This document shows, piece after piece, positions 52,129-63,819 of a stretch of DNA of 64,000 nt (position 1 is its first letter; each line of letters opens with the position of its first letter). The translations under genes and the position numbers were made by a program. The notes beneath the pieces are model-generated. The model did no database searches, had not been told where the DNA came from, and worked only from the letters and a program-made list of their open reading frames with translations. This stretch comes from Octopus bimaculoides (taxonomy: Eukaryota). The stretch spans positions 18,666,266-18,730,265 of the forward strand of contig NC_068998.1 in NCBI RefSeq assembly GCF_001194135.2. The letters are read 5' to 3'.

Positions 52129-52570
52129 TACGACGGGCTTCTTTCAGTTTCCGTATACCAAACCCACTCATAAGGCTTTGGTCGGCCAGAGGCTATAGTA
52201 GAAGACACTGACCCAAGGTGCCACGCAGTGGGACTGAACCCGGAACCATGTGGTTGGTAAGCAAGCTACTTACCACACAGCCCCTCCTACGCCTTTATAT
52301 ACGCTTGTATATATTTTATTACAAAGCCAGTCAATTTATTGTTCTCCTATCCAACCTCTTAATCACATGACTTAAAGCAAATGAACGGTGCATTAAGCTA
52401 TGTAGTCCTTAATACATTATTCATGAATAGAAGACGGGGTGGAAAAACAGCAAAACTTTTGATTGTAGTTGGTTTGGAGTTAAACAAACTAGTACTCGTT
52501 GAGGTCACTAAAATATTTACGTAACAGATTAAATTTTATTGGTAATATTTAACGAAAGCGGTGATCACTG

Positions 52571-52686
52571 GGTCAAACTAAAGCGTTTGACCAGGTGACA
52601 AAAATTCGTTCCCAGCAAGTTGTTTTACAACTATTAGATTAATTTTATCTTTTATTCGTCACCGAGTCAAACGCTTTAGTTTGACC
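52571..52686. mobile_element. 116-bp MITE with GG...CC 29-bp TIRs and an 8-bp TSD (Merlin-like)
   Basis: TIRs match 27/29; exact GATCACTG duplication at 52563-52570 and 52687-52694. Confidence 0.8.
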
Positions 52687-53144
52687 GATCACTGTAGCTA
52701 AAAAGTGCTATCTAGGAAGTAAGTCATTATCGAAGTAAAATAACTAGAACCTGAGGAAAAAAGAAAAAAAAGACATGGCTTGCAGCGGAAAAGAAAAGAG
52801 CAGGTAAAAATGTTAAGTTCGTGTACCGTGAAGAGATCTGAGTTCTGCTTTTTTTTCTTTTTCGTTTTGTATTTCATCGAAGACGGGCGTCACCCAAAAC
52901 GTCAGTCTTACTCTTAAGGCACACGAACTTAAAAGTCAGTAAACAGTCTCAGTGTAGTAAATAGTATCAAAAGATGTCATTACAAAAACGTCAACACAGA
53001 AATCAGTAAACAACAACAGCAAAAGAGAAGTTTACAAATAATGTCAACATAGAAAAAACGTCATTTAATAATCTGTAATAATAACGATATTTTCCCCCCT
53101 GCGACATAAGATATGATGAATTATAAACAGACTTGAATACTGAC

Positions 53145-53170
53145 CTAAACAAGATGATATCAGAAATCAT
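53145..53170 (-). CDS. SMIM7: SMIM7 exon 1 (MISDIILFS)
   Basis: Matches recalled human MIGDILLFG; GTCAGT donor, phase 2. Confidence 0.9.
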
Positions 53171-55029
53171 TTTGTTGACAGAGGTTAATTCTTCTAAAGC
53201 AGTTCTGGAATTGTTCTCATAGATGACAGTAAACAAAATCTAAATAGAAATATTTCCTGTGCCACATCACATTTGCTTACCTTTTATTACCTCCCTTCAA
53301 ATATTATCATAAGAAATGTAACTGACAAGCCACTATTTCGTACTGGCTTCTAGAAATTCGGAATATTGAGCAGTATTCTACAACCTGCATTGAGCGAATG
53401 GACCCTGTTTTTTTATGTCGCTGAACTTGTATACAATGTATTAAAAGTAGTTTTATTCTTCACGTTTTGAAGTGGATTGATGAAGATTAAACACTCTACT
53501 TTACAAGTGTATAAATTTGTATTTATATCTGTTTAATAAAATCGTTTTCTTCATTTAATTTTAATCCAACAAACATTATACTGTATACGACATACAATAT
53601 GATGTATGTTTAAAATTTTAAATGGCTTAATAAATATCAAACAAACCCTGCTCTAGAGGTGTGATAATTTAATTCTGTGAAATAGAACTTCGTTCTTTAT
53701 TTTTCATAGTTTATTATGTATTTTAAGTATATATTAAAATATCTTCAGAAAACCGGAAAATTCAAAAGTCCGTGACACTTCCGTCCCCCCCCCCCNNNNN
53801 NNNNNNNNNNNNNNNNNNNNNNNNNNNNNNNNNNNNNNNNNNNNNNNNNNNNNNNNNNNNNNNNNNNNNNNNNNNNNNNNNNNNNNNNNNNNNNNNNNNN
53901 NNNNNNNNNNNNNNNNNNNNNNTTTCCAATGATTCCAGCATGGGGTGGGGTTCACCCCCTGCACCACCTTTTTCTTCCAAACCAAAATAAGGGATTTGCA
54001 GCATATTATGAGGTCCGATTTTTTTTTCTTAGTGAAAATTGTGCGGACAAAAGGATCAATGGGGTGGGGGTGAAATTTCCGATGCAACCACCTCACCCAA
54101 CCCCGTTTTGGGGGTTTTGTAGCATATTAGGAGGTCAAAGGAATTCATTCAATGGAAAAAAAAAAAAAAGAATTTCCAATGATTCCAGCATGGGGTGGGG
54201 TTCACCCCCTGCACCACCTTTTTCTTCCAAACCAAAATAAGGGATTTGCAGCATAGGAGGTCAGGGTACTTGATTCCAAGCAAAAAATCCGAGGTTTTTT
54301 TTTCTTACAGAAATTTACTGAATTTTCTTTGTTTTAACGGGGATTTTTCCAATTTTTGTTCACGTTGGATTTAGTAGGGGGAGAAAAAATTCCCCAAAAA
54401 AAGTAATTCATTTTTTACCCTCCCCTCTCCCTTCGTCTCCCTCTGGACCGATTTTAGTCTTTTTTTTTTACCATGCACTTAAAAATGATGAGAAGTCATT
54501 TTGATAAAAAAAAAATTTTTGAAAATATTTTCAGATGAAAAGGTATGTGATTTAAGGGACATTTAGCTGGTACCTCCCTAAACTTTCAGTTTTTTATCTG
54601 AATTTCGCTACTTATTTTCCTTGTCATTTGACAGGCTGTCTCAGTTTTCTGACAGATGATAGATTGGTAGAATTGTTCAGAATCGTTCAATCCCATCTAC
54701 TTATGATAAATTTTTTTACGAGTTCCTTCTTATTGTTCTCAGCTTTAGCACCTAGAAATTTATAAGAGCCAACTTCACATATAGCTAAGTTCTATTCTTC
54801 AGCTGACTATTTTTGGTCATCAGCACTTCAAACAAGATAACAGTTGAAAAATCCTTTGTTTTGCCTGACCTAATTTAGTTCGAAAACAATATAATACAGA
54901 ACTCAAATTCAATTCTACCTCTTTTGCATGGACTCTGGCAAAAAGGAATACTTCACATGTGGCTTATCACCGCATGACTACACAACTTTCACCATCTCTA
55001 TTTGTCTAAACTCTTTTACTCTTTCTCTC

Positions 55030-55427
55030 TTCTACTTTCAATTTGTTCTTCAAGCAACCACTTACAAATGGACATGTAAAAATACAACGCCAGAAACAAA
55101 GAAGCCTTCACCATCATCACCCAAAATTTACCAATGCTACATAAGGACCCCAAATTAAAGGAAATTTTACACACACATAAAATCATTAAAAGCTACAAAC
55201 AACCAAAATCACTAAAAAAGATCCTCACAAAGGCAAAATTATTTTCCAAAATAACAGATGCAAAAGTGAAAAAATGTGGTCGACCAAATTGCACAACATG
55301 CCCAAACCTCCTAGAAGGATCAGAATTCCTTTTCAAAGAGGGACAAAAATTCAAAATAAATTCTGACTTTACTTGTGCTTCAGAAAACCTGATTTATGTC
55401 ATAAGATGCTCGGGCTGCCACCAAAAC
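55030..55427 (+). mobile_element. Penelope-like element linker and GIY-YIG start, cut off by a gap
   Basis: YNARNKEAFTII...SYKQPKSLKKILTKAK...CGRPNCTTC...FTCASENLIYVIRCSGC. Confidence 0.85.
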
Positions 55428-56289
55428 NNNNNNNNNNNNNNNNNNNNNNNNNNNNNNNNNNNNNNNNNNNNNNNNNNNNNNNNNNNNNNNNNNNNNNNNN
55501 NNNNNNNNNNNNNNNNNNNNNNNNNNNNNNNNNNNNNNNNNNNNNNNNNNNNNNNNNNNNNNNNNNNNNNNNNNNNNNNNNNNNNNNNNNNNNNNNNNNN
55601 NNNNNNNNNNNNNNNNNNNNNNNNNNNNNNNNNNNNNNNNNNNNNNNNNNNNNNNNNNNNNNNNNNNNNNNNNNNNNNNNNNNNNNNNNNNNNNNNNNNN
55701 NNNNNNNNNNNNNNNNNNNNNNNNNNNNNNNNNNNNNNNNNNNNNNNNNNNNNNNNNNNNNNNNNNNNNNNNNNNNNNNNNNNNNNNNNNNNNNNNNNNN
55801 NNNNNNNNNNNNNNNNNNNNNNNNNNNNNNNNNNNNNNNNNNNNNNNNNNNNNNNNNNNNNNNNNNNNNNNNNNNNNNNNNNNNNNNNNNNNNNNNNNNN
55901 NNNNNNNNNNNNNNNNNNNNNNNNNNNNNNNNNNNNNNNNNNNNNNNNNNNNNNNNNNNNNNNNNNNNNNNNNNNNNNNNNNNNNNNNNNNNNNNNNNNN
56001 NNNNNNNNNNNNNNNNNNNNNNNNNNNNNNNNNNNNNNNNNNNNNNNNNNNNNNNNNNNNNNNNNNNNNNNNNNNNNNNNNNNACAAGAAAATACAAAAC
56101 CGGTTATTTCTCCAAAAACAATGTTACTATACTCAAAGTTTTATAATATTTTTCTAACATAACGATTTAAATATATGCTTTAACCATATAACACCAGCCT
56201 TCTGTAATTTTTTCACTCTTTTTTTATCTTTTATATATATATATATATATAAATGTTTATATATAAAATCAAGAGTATGTCGTGTTCCA

Positions 56290-56700
56290 TCATCATCATC
56301 ATTGCTGTTTAACGTCCGCTTTCCATACTGGCATGGGTTGGATGGTTTGACTGAGGACTGGCAAGCCAGAAGGCTGTACCAGGCTCCAGTCTGATCTGGC
56401 AAGGTTTCTACAGCTGGATGCCCTTCCTAACGCCAACCACTCTGAGAGTGTAGTGGGTGCTTTTTGTGTGCCACTGGCACAAGGGCCAGTCAGGTGGCAC
56501 TAGCAACGACTACACTTGAATGGTCCTTTTTATGTGCCACCAGCATAGGAGCCAGTGAGGTGGTACTGGCAATGACTACGCTTGAATGGTGCTTTTTATG
56601 TGCCACCAGCATAGGAGCCAGTGAGGCGGTACTGGCAAGGACCACGCTTGAATGGTGCTTTTACATGCCACCGGCATAGGACCAGTCAGGCAGCACTGTC
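56290..56700 (-). mobile_element. RTE-type 3'-end repeat, family C, with a (GAT)n tail and an internal 66-bp tandem array
   Basis: CATCATCAT-GTTTAACGTCCGCTTTCCATG...GGATGCCCTTCCTAACGCCAACCAC. Other copies at about 12840, 19310, 25960, 26710, 34655, 41305, 45120, 46190, 49430, 58995 and 60770. Confidence 0.8.
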
Positions 56701-57600
56701 CCCATTAATTAATAAGTTAAAAAAACATGATAAATGCATAAACAAACAGAAAGCAGTCACAGAAGATCCTCGTCTTGAATCACATTTATTCATGTTCGTA
56801 TGTTTACTTCTGTATTGCCTGTTTATCCACTTCTTGTTTGTTTGTTCTCATTCTGTTATGTTTTGGCCCCATTTTCCAGCAGCTTCTTCTTGTTGTTGGT
56901 GCCACCAAGAAGCCAAGCAATATTATCATAAGGCACAAAATTGCATTTGACCCTCCGGCCAGTAATTGATGAGGAGTTGGTGACCTTCTGTGTCTGTTTT
57001 CTGTTTGTTAGTGCTTTTATTATATGTTTTTCAACTTATATGTGTGTGTGTGTGTCTGTCTATCTTTGTCCCATCCCACACCCGCTGAATGACCACTGGT
57101 GGTGGTAAGTTAACATCCGCTAACTTAGCAGTTCAACAAAAATGACTGATAGAATAAATACTACGCTTTAAATATAAGTCATGGGGGACAATTTGTTCAA
57201 CAAAAAAACCCTTCATGATGGTGCTCCAGCATGGCCACAGTCAAACGAATGAAACAAGTAAAAGGTAAAAGATTATAAAGTGACACATATATAGTTTGTA
57301 AGATTCTGGGATGTTTTCCTTCATTCTTTCTTTCTTTATTTTTGGCACAGGTCACTTGGTCTGGTTGGGTGTTCATAGCTGGTCAGTCATCATTGATTTT
57401 TGATATTTAGCTGCCTTTTGTGTTATTCCTTCTTCTCGTCCTTTGTCATCATATTTAGAAGGAATACATTGTGACAATGTGAGTCAGAACATTGAAGGTT
57501 CCAAGGAGTGGTGTTCTGGACAGGGCAGAGCTGTAGTAGTAGTAATAGTAGTGATAGTAGGTGTTGTTGTAATAATAGTTGTGATGGTAGTAACAGTAGC

Positions 57601-57637
<37 letters not shown>

Positions 57638-57643
57638 AGATTA

Positions 57644-58016
57644 GTTGTTGTTGGCATTCCGTCACTTACGACGTCGAGGGTTCCAGTTGATCCGATCAAT
57701 GGAACAGCCTGCTCGTGAAATTAATGTGCAAGTAGCTGAGCACTCCACAGACACATGTACCCTTAACGTAGTTCTCAGGGATATTCAGTGTGACAAGGCT
57801 GACCCTTTCAATTACAGGTACAACAGAAACAGGAAGTAAGAGTGAGAGAAAGTTGTGGTGGAAGAGTACAGCAGGGTTTCATCATCCCCTGCCGGAGCCT
57901 CGTGGAGCTTTAGGTGTTTTCGCTCAATAAACACTCACAACGCCCGGTCTGGGAATCAAAACCGCAATCCTATGACTGCCAGTCTGCTGCCCTAACCACT
58001 GGGCCATTGCGCCTCC
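57644..58016 (-). mobile_element. tRNA-derived SINE, family A, with an expanded (TAC)n tail reaching about 57530
   Basis: Reverse complement of family A; the (GTA)n tract explains the poly-L/V/S/T ORFs. Confidence 0.9.
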
Positions 58017-58392
58017 ACAGTAAGAGTAGTAACAGTAGGGGAAAAAGCAGCAATAATGGTAGTGGTTGTAGTAAAATAGTACTTATATGTACTGACAATG
58101 CTTAGAATTATAATAATAAAAGTTTCGAATTTTGGTACAGGGCCAACAGTTTTTGAGGGGAAGAAGTCAATTATATCAACTCTGGTACTTATTTTATGGA
58201 CCCTGAAAGGATATAAGGAAAAGTCAATGGTGGTGGAATTTGAACTCAAAATATAATGACAAAATGCTTGTGGACATTTCGCCTTTCTTAGGGTTATAAT
58301 ATACTGCCTATAGTGAATGTGAATCTAGATACAATTTAATAGAAATAAAAAACAATATTGTATGCAATTAGCATGTTTATTATTTTATTTAT

Positions 58393-58510
58393 TTAATCTT
58401 CTTTCTCAAAATGACTTTTTGAAGCAAAATCTTGCATGAAGCAAGCGAGTTTCTCAACATCTTCAATAGTAACTGCATTATAAAGGGAAGCACGGAAACC
58501 ACCAATCGAC
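58393..58510 (-). CDS. PSAT1: PSAT1 last exon ([38 protein letters not shown])
   Basis: GGxRASLYNA motif; T-rich CAG acceptor; TAA stop; AATAAA hexamers follow on the minus strand (plus 58376-58389). Confidence 0.97.
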
Positions 58511-59410
58511 CTGCACAAAATAAAAAAAAAAACAGGATTCTTTTCAAGTGAAAATGATTACAATTGAGCATGAAAGTGGAACTTGCAGAAAAAAAAAACA
58601 TTTTTGATCACCATACAGTGTTTTTGAATCTAAGAGATAAATGTCTTTAGAGTCCAAGTAAGTAAAAATAAATCCTTTGAATAAAATCCCATTTCAATAA
58701 CATCTTGCATGTGCATTTCTTCAGTTGAAATTAAAAATCTGAAAACAGTAGAATTTTGAGAGAAAGTTATTTAATTTCTCATCTAGATTTCTTTCTACAA
58801 AATACTGCTACAGAATCCTGACATATATTTTATTATTACTCTAAAACATATATAGCTGTAGTCGTTACTGTGTAGACCTAGATTTGAATATATTAACAAA
58901 CTTCCACATTCATTTGGTCTATATTTCTCTCTTCTTTTATCATCCTTGCTATGGGTGAACTTTTAATAAATTAAAATTTCATGTATAAGCATATATTCAA
59001 ACACGGCTCTTGTGCACATAAAATACACCATTTTGAGCGTGGCCGTTGCCAGTACCGCCTGACTGGCCTTTGTAGGATTTTCGAGCAAGATCGTTGCCAG
59101 TGCCCCTGGACTGGCTCCTGTGCGAGTGGCACATAAAATACACCATTTTGAGCGTGGCCGTTGCCAGTACCGCCTGACTGGCATTTGTGCGGGTGACATG
59201 TAAAAGCACCCACTACACTCTCTGAGTGGTTGGCATTAGAAAGGGCATCCAGCTGTAAAAACTCTGCCAAACAAGATTGGAGGCTGGTGTTGCCATCCGG
59301 TTTCACCAGTCCTCAGTCAAATCGTCCAACCCATGCTAGCATGGAAAGCGAACGTTAAACGATGATGATGATGATGATGATGATGCATGCACACACACAC
59401 ACACTCTTAC

Positions 59411-59548
59411 CTATGCCCAGATAAACCAACTAGGTTTCTTTCTGCTGCTTCTTTTAGGAATTTCTTCTCCATTTCACTCCTCCTATTGTTAGAGCCAAAT
59501 TTGAAGATGATGTTTGTGCGACTGCGAACACTTTTGTCAACAGGACAT
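59411..59548 (-). CDS. PSAT1: PSAT1 penultimate exon (CPVDKSVRSRTNIIFKFG...EKKFLKEAAERNLVGLSGHR)
   Basis: CPV..RS..N and GHR motifs; AAG/GTAAGA; 138 nt. Confidence 0.94.
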
Positions 59549-59814
59549 CTTTAAAGTAATAAATGTCAAAATTAATTTAAAATTTTTACAAATGGTAAAT
59601 TTTTCTGATATTTTTCATTACATTTTATATAGGTACGAAGAGAATGCTTTAAATTGGAATGAGGAAATAGAATGTTGTAATTATCATACTTTGTTTTTTT
59701 TTTACCTTAGAGTCATTAGATGTTTCTGTGTTATGAGTGTGAAAGCATTTCTAAGGGATATTGGTTTTATAGTGTCCCTTAGAAATTTCCTTTCTTATTA
59801 TTTTATATAATGCT

Positions 59815-60030
59815 AAGGTGGCCAACTGGCAGAATTGTTAGCATGTCAGACAAAATGCATAGAGACATTTTTTCTGGTTCTTTACATTTTGAGTTCAGAT
59901 TTCACCAAGGTCAACTTTGTCTTTCATCCTTTCAGGGTGGATAAAAATAAGTACCAGGCAAGTACTGGTGTCAATGTATTCAACTTACCCATTCCTCTCA
60001 AAATTACTGGCCTTATGCCAAAATTAGAAA
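59815..60030 (+). mobile_element. tRNA-derived SINE, family E (other copies 1-75, 17010-17168, 20627-20840, 28605-28812, 43110-43650 interrupted, 58117-58290)
   Basis: GAGTTCAAATTC...GTCAACTTTGCCTTTCATCCTTTC...ATAAAATAAGTACCAG shared by all copies. Confidence 0.75.
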
Positions 60031-60403
60031 GATAATGTGTGATCTACTTTTCTGGGTAATGTAAAATAAAAAATGAAGAATTACTTAGAGAATGGTGAAC
60101 TGTGCACATGAGCATTTGTGTATATTTGCATGAATTTGTGCATGTGTATTTAATCATGTGTGTGCATACGTAAGTGTAATTTTATTGTTTATTTATACAA
60201 TAATGTAGACAAGACAATGAGGGAGACTTGAATGTGTGTAGGTGTATGTTTTAATACCTGAAATTAATTTTGCCTATAAAAATAAAGAAAGACAAAATAG
60301 GAGATTGTTGGACAAAGTGAAATGAGAGAGAAAGAGAAGCAGATGTGTGAATAGAGACAGATAGACAGGTAGGCAGACATAGAAATTCTTATGGATAACT
60401 TAC

Positions 60404-60532
60404 ACATAAAATCCATTTGATTCATCAATTATTTTGTATAGAGCTTCAGATTTATTTTTACATCTCTGATACATGACTGCCAAACCACCTTCTTCTTTCA
60501 GGTTTTTCACTACTGCTCCCAAAACATAGATA
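60404..60532 (-). CDS. PSAT1: PSAT1 exon (IYVLGAVVKNLKEEGGLAVMYQRCKNKSEALYKIIDESNGFY)
   Basis: Aligns with recalled human IYVMGLVLEWIKNNGG...IYEIIDNSQGFY; CAG/GTAAGT; 129 nt. Confidence 0.95.
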
Positions 60533-61332
60533 CTGTATAATTCGCATCAGAAAACAAAACAAGACATTGAAACACTTTATTCTAAACAGTGACTATTTGC
60601 AATAGGCAAGCATTTCAATAAACAGGGTATGTCATAGGTTGCAGAGCAGTTTTAAAAAAATTCAAATTTTTGGTTTTTTAATTGTGTTTCTACAGAAACA
60701 TATTGACATTTTAAAAAGCTTCTAAGCAATTTATGGGCTCTCCTGCTGCTGTGGCAGCATCAACATTGTCGTCATCATCATCAACAACAACGTCCACCTT
60801 CCATGCAGGCATGGGATGGACGGTTTGACAGGAGCCAACCAGGTAAAAGACTACACCAGGTTTCTGTGTCTGTTTTGGCATGGTTTTTGTGACTGGATAC
60901 CCTTCTTAACACTAACCACACTGCAGAGTGGACTGAGTGCTTTTTACATGGCACCAGCACAGGCAAGGTCAGTTTTGGAATTTCTTTTTTTACAGCTGGA
61001 TGCCCTTCCAAGTGCCAAACACTTCACAGTGTAGACTGAGTGCTTTTTATGTGGTACCAGCACCAGCAGGGTCACCAAATAACCTGCAAGACAAGGAATT
61101 TTTGAAAGGGGAGGGGTCATTGGAGGAGGTGATCTTGTATAAGATGATGAAAGGTTAGAGAGTAACAGACAGAGAGGCAGAAACAGGTATCTTGCTATAG
61201 AGGTGTATGGTCACCCAGCCAGAGAGAAAGGTGAGGAGGAAGAGAGTGAGAGTTAACAAGAAAGAGTACAGGAAAAGGTGAGCTGTTGTAAAGAAGATAT
61301 TTGGTTACCTAACCAGAACGAAGAGCAAGAAA

Positions 61333-61334
<2 letters not shown>

Positions 61335-61380
<46 letters not shown>
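61335..61380. repeat. (GA)n microsatellite
   Basis: Seen directly. Confidence 0.95.
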
Positions 61381-61385
<5 letters not shown>

Positions 61386-62084
61386 GGCAGAAACAGGTGT
61401 ACTGCTATAGAGGAGATACAAGGTTACCCAACAAATGAAATACAGAGAGATAATTCAAATTCTAAGTAGTTTTGTGTCTATCTTCCAGATTATTATGGTA
61501 TTGTAAATCATTTTTTTGTTTGCAAATCTGAAAAAAAATATATCATTGGAGCAAGTAATTTTACAGTCAGCTTACTACTGATAATCACTCAATTGTGATA
61601 TAAGAATGGAACTTAAGTTGTTTTGCTCTGAAGGAGCAAAGCTATGATCAAAACCCTTCCAACTGTGACCAACCTGTTTTTTTCCCCAGGTAGTGTGTAT
61701 CCAGCATGACAGTATCCAATGTCTCTTTACTCTTTTAAGACAGTAGGTATGAGTCAAGAGAAATTTGGTTGCTATTTCTAGCAGGTTGAATTACCAAGTA
61801 GAGGTACCCTTGTTGATTTAAGGGTAGAACTTATTTTTCAATCAAGTAAACAAAGACGGATTAATGCACCTTGTGTTACAGGTACATAGTAGTTGAGAAG
61901 GCACTAAACTTACAATCTCAAATACATAACAGGTCAGTATGTTAACCACAGACAGTACATTCTTAATGTTTTTTAGCTGATGCCCATTCTCCTAAAGCTA
62001 AGCAACTCACTTCTCTTTCATCTGTCATCCTGTAAGCAACACAAAATGCACAGTAACAGTGTTAGAGATAAAATATACATTATA

Positions 62085-62278
62085 TAGAGTCCACCGAAAA
62101 AATGTATACACACTTCAGGAAAGGAAAATTCTTGTATAAATATTTAACTTGTATAAGTGCCTCTATAAATATAGATACCTCTTTCAATGTTTTATCAGAT
62201 TTCAATAATACTGAATTAAAATTTCTGTACAGATTTTTCCTTTCCTGAAGTGTGTATACATATTTTTGGCAGGCTCTG
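62085..62278. mobile_element. Tc1/mariner-like MITE with TA target sites
   Basis: TA-(T/C)AGAG...CTCTG-TA; perfect 26-bp inverted block TGTATACACACTTCAGGAAAGGAAAA. Confidence 0.75.
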
Positions 62279-62399
62279 TATATTGCAGATGTCATAAGAA
62301 TATATAAACTGGAGTTGTTGCTTAGCTCCCAACTGAGCAGACATATGGCCAAAAGTGTTTCAGCTCTCATCATCTCATCATTGTGTACATCAGCAACTA

Positions 62400-62720
62400 A
62401 ATTGTCTAATGTGACATTTCTTAAGACAAATGGGTGAGAGATTTGGTTGCTATTCCCCACAGGTTGAGTGACCACATAGAGGTGTCTTTATTGGTTGTTC
62501 ACACATTCATTTTTATTGCTTAGCTTGAAGTTAGCTTTGATCAAGCAAACCGATGATAAAAGGCATTCCAGCCGTGACCATCTTGTTTTTTTCACAGCGT
62601 GCAGGGAACCTAGGATCACATAATCCAATGTACTCATTTCCCAGACAAGTGGGTGTGATTTGAAGAAGATTTGGCTGATATTTCTGGCAGGTCAAACGAC
62701 CACACAGAGGCTCCCTCAAT
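62400..62720. repeat. Dispersed repeat family H (GGGTGTGATTTGAGGGAGATTTGGCTGCTATTTCTAGCAGG-like)
   Basis: Related copies at about 5890-6090, 6890-7090, 7600-7760, 15480-15680, 21050-21240, 49840-49930 and 61740-61810; class not determined. Confidence 0.6.
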
Positions 62721-62794
62721 AACTTGTTTACATACTGGTATATTCTACAGGTGCTGAATAACTGCAAACTCATGATGTCATTCATATTTAAATT

Positions 62795-63246
62795 TGTAGT
62801 GGCGCGAAATTATAGCCGGCATTGAGGAAGTACTATCTGCACATGCGCAAGGGACTTGCCTTTCTGGAAGCCCCTCAAGTGCGCATGCGTAGTAAAACTA
62901 GTACTTAAAGAGTTGGTTTCACTTTCTAAGCCTCTTGAGCGCAATACCTTCGACATGACAACACCTTGCTCCTCAACAAAGCACTCTTCACCACGATGCC
63001 TTCGATGTGATAGCTATTTGCTCCTCTGGCATGCATCAAGGAAGCTCTTAACCTTCCAATATCGATTACAAATTAATCAGTGGTTGCTAAGCTGAATGAC
63101 ACAGGATTTGTAAAACCAAGGATCATCAAAAAATAAAACTTATTTTTATTATGTTGTTAATTGTTCTACTGTTTCTTAATATATAATTTTGTTGAAAGGT
63201 GATTGAGAGAGACTAATGTTTCTATTGCAACTATCAATCTTTTACA
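62795..63246 (+). mobile_element. Solo LTR (452 bp), probably Ty3/Gypsy, in a PSAT1 intron
   Basis: TGTA...TACA termini with an exact 4-bp AATT target duplication. Confidence 0.8.
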
Positions 63247-63369
63247 AATTTAAACATGAACAATCTAATACAAATGATATTCGTTTATACTTTAGGTATA
63301 AGGCCCTCTAATACAAATGATATTGCAAAGAGTTCAGTTTATCATAGAAAATCAACATTAACACTTTCT

Positions 63370-63597
63370 TTAACCTTTTAGTATTCAAAGCAGCCATATC
63401 TGGCCTAAATATTTTACCAGTTGTATGTTTAAACCAGCCAGATCCAACCTCTCAAACATATCCTACAATGCTGTTCTAAAAATAAGCAAAAATATCATGG
63501 AAATCTCAAAGCTAGGAGATAATGCATGATCAATTCAAAACAATGTGAATAAATAAAAATTACATTTGAGAGAATAGTTTGACTGCTAAAGGGTTAA
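63370..63597. mobile_element. piggyBac-type TTAA MITE (other copies at about 28381-28597 and 39910-40134)
   Basis: TTAACC(C/T)TTTAG...CTAAAGGGTTAA termini; shared interior among the three copies. Confidence 0.65.
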
Positions 63598-63649
63598 TTC
63601 ATTGAAATTATATGATAAAACAACCAATAACAAAGTAAATAAGAAATAC

Positions 63650-63819
63650 CTAAAGACCGGAGGAGTATTCAAGCAGGAGTTGTTGTTAACCATTGCCTTG
63701 TACTCAATGACAGACGGACATAATGGTGAAGCTACGTTGGTTAGGTCATCACGTACAATGACCAGTGTGACACCAGCACAACCAAGGTTTTTCTGGGCTC
63801 CAGCATATATTACACCAAA
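63650..63819 (-). CDS. PSAT1: Phosphoserine aminotransferase exon with the PLP lysine (FGVIYAGAQKNLGCAGVTLVIVRDDL...NTPPVF)
   Basis: AGAQKN PLP-binding motif and NTPP; CAG/GTATTT; 170 nt, phases 0 to 2. Confidence 0.97.

Noticed and set aside
53923-54254. 82-bp exact direct repeat (53923-54004 and about 54173-54254)
   Set aside because: Abuts an assembly gap; a contig-end duplication cannot be excluded.
56455-56700. CRISPR-like periodic array
   Set aside because: Units are similar along their full length with no unique spacers, sit in a eukaryotic retroposon tail, and there are no cas genes.
62080-62475. 131-aa minus-strand ORF in a PSAT1 intron
   Set aside because: Made of a MITE and family H repeat sequence; no protein motif recognised.
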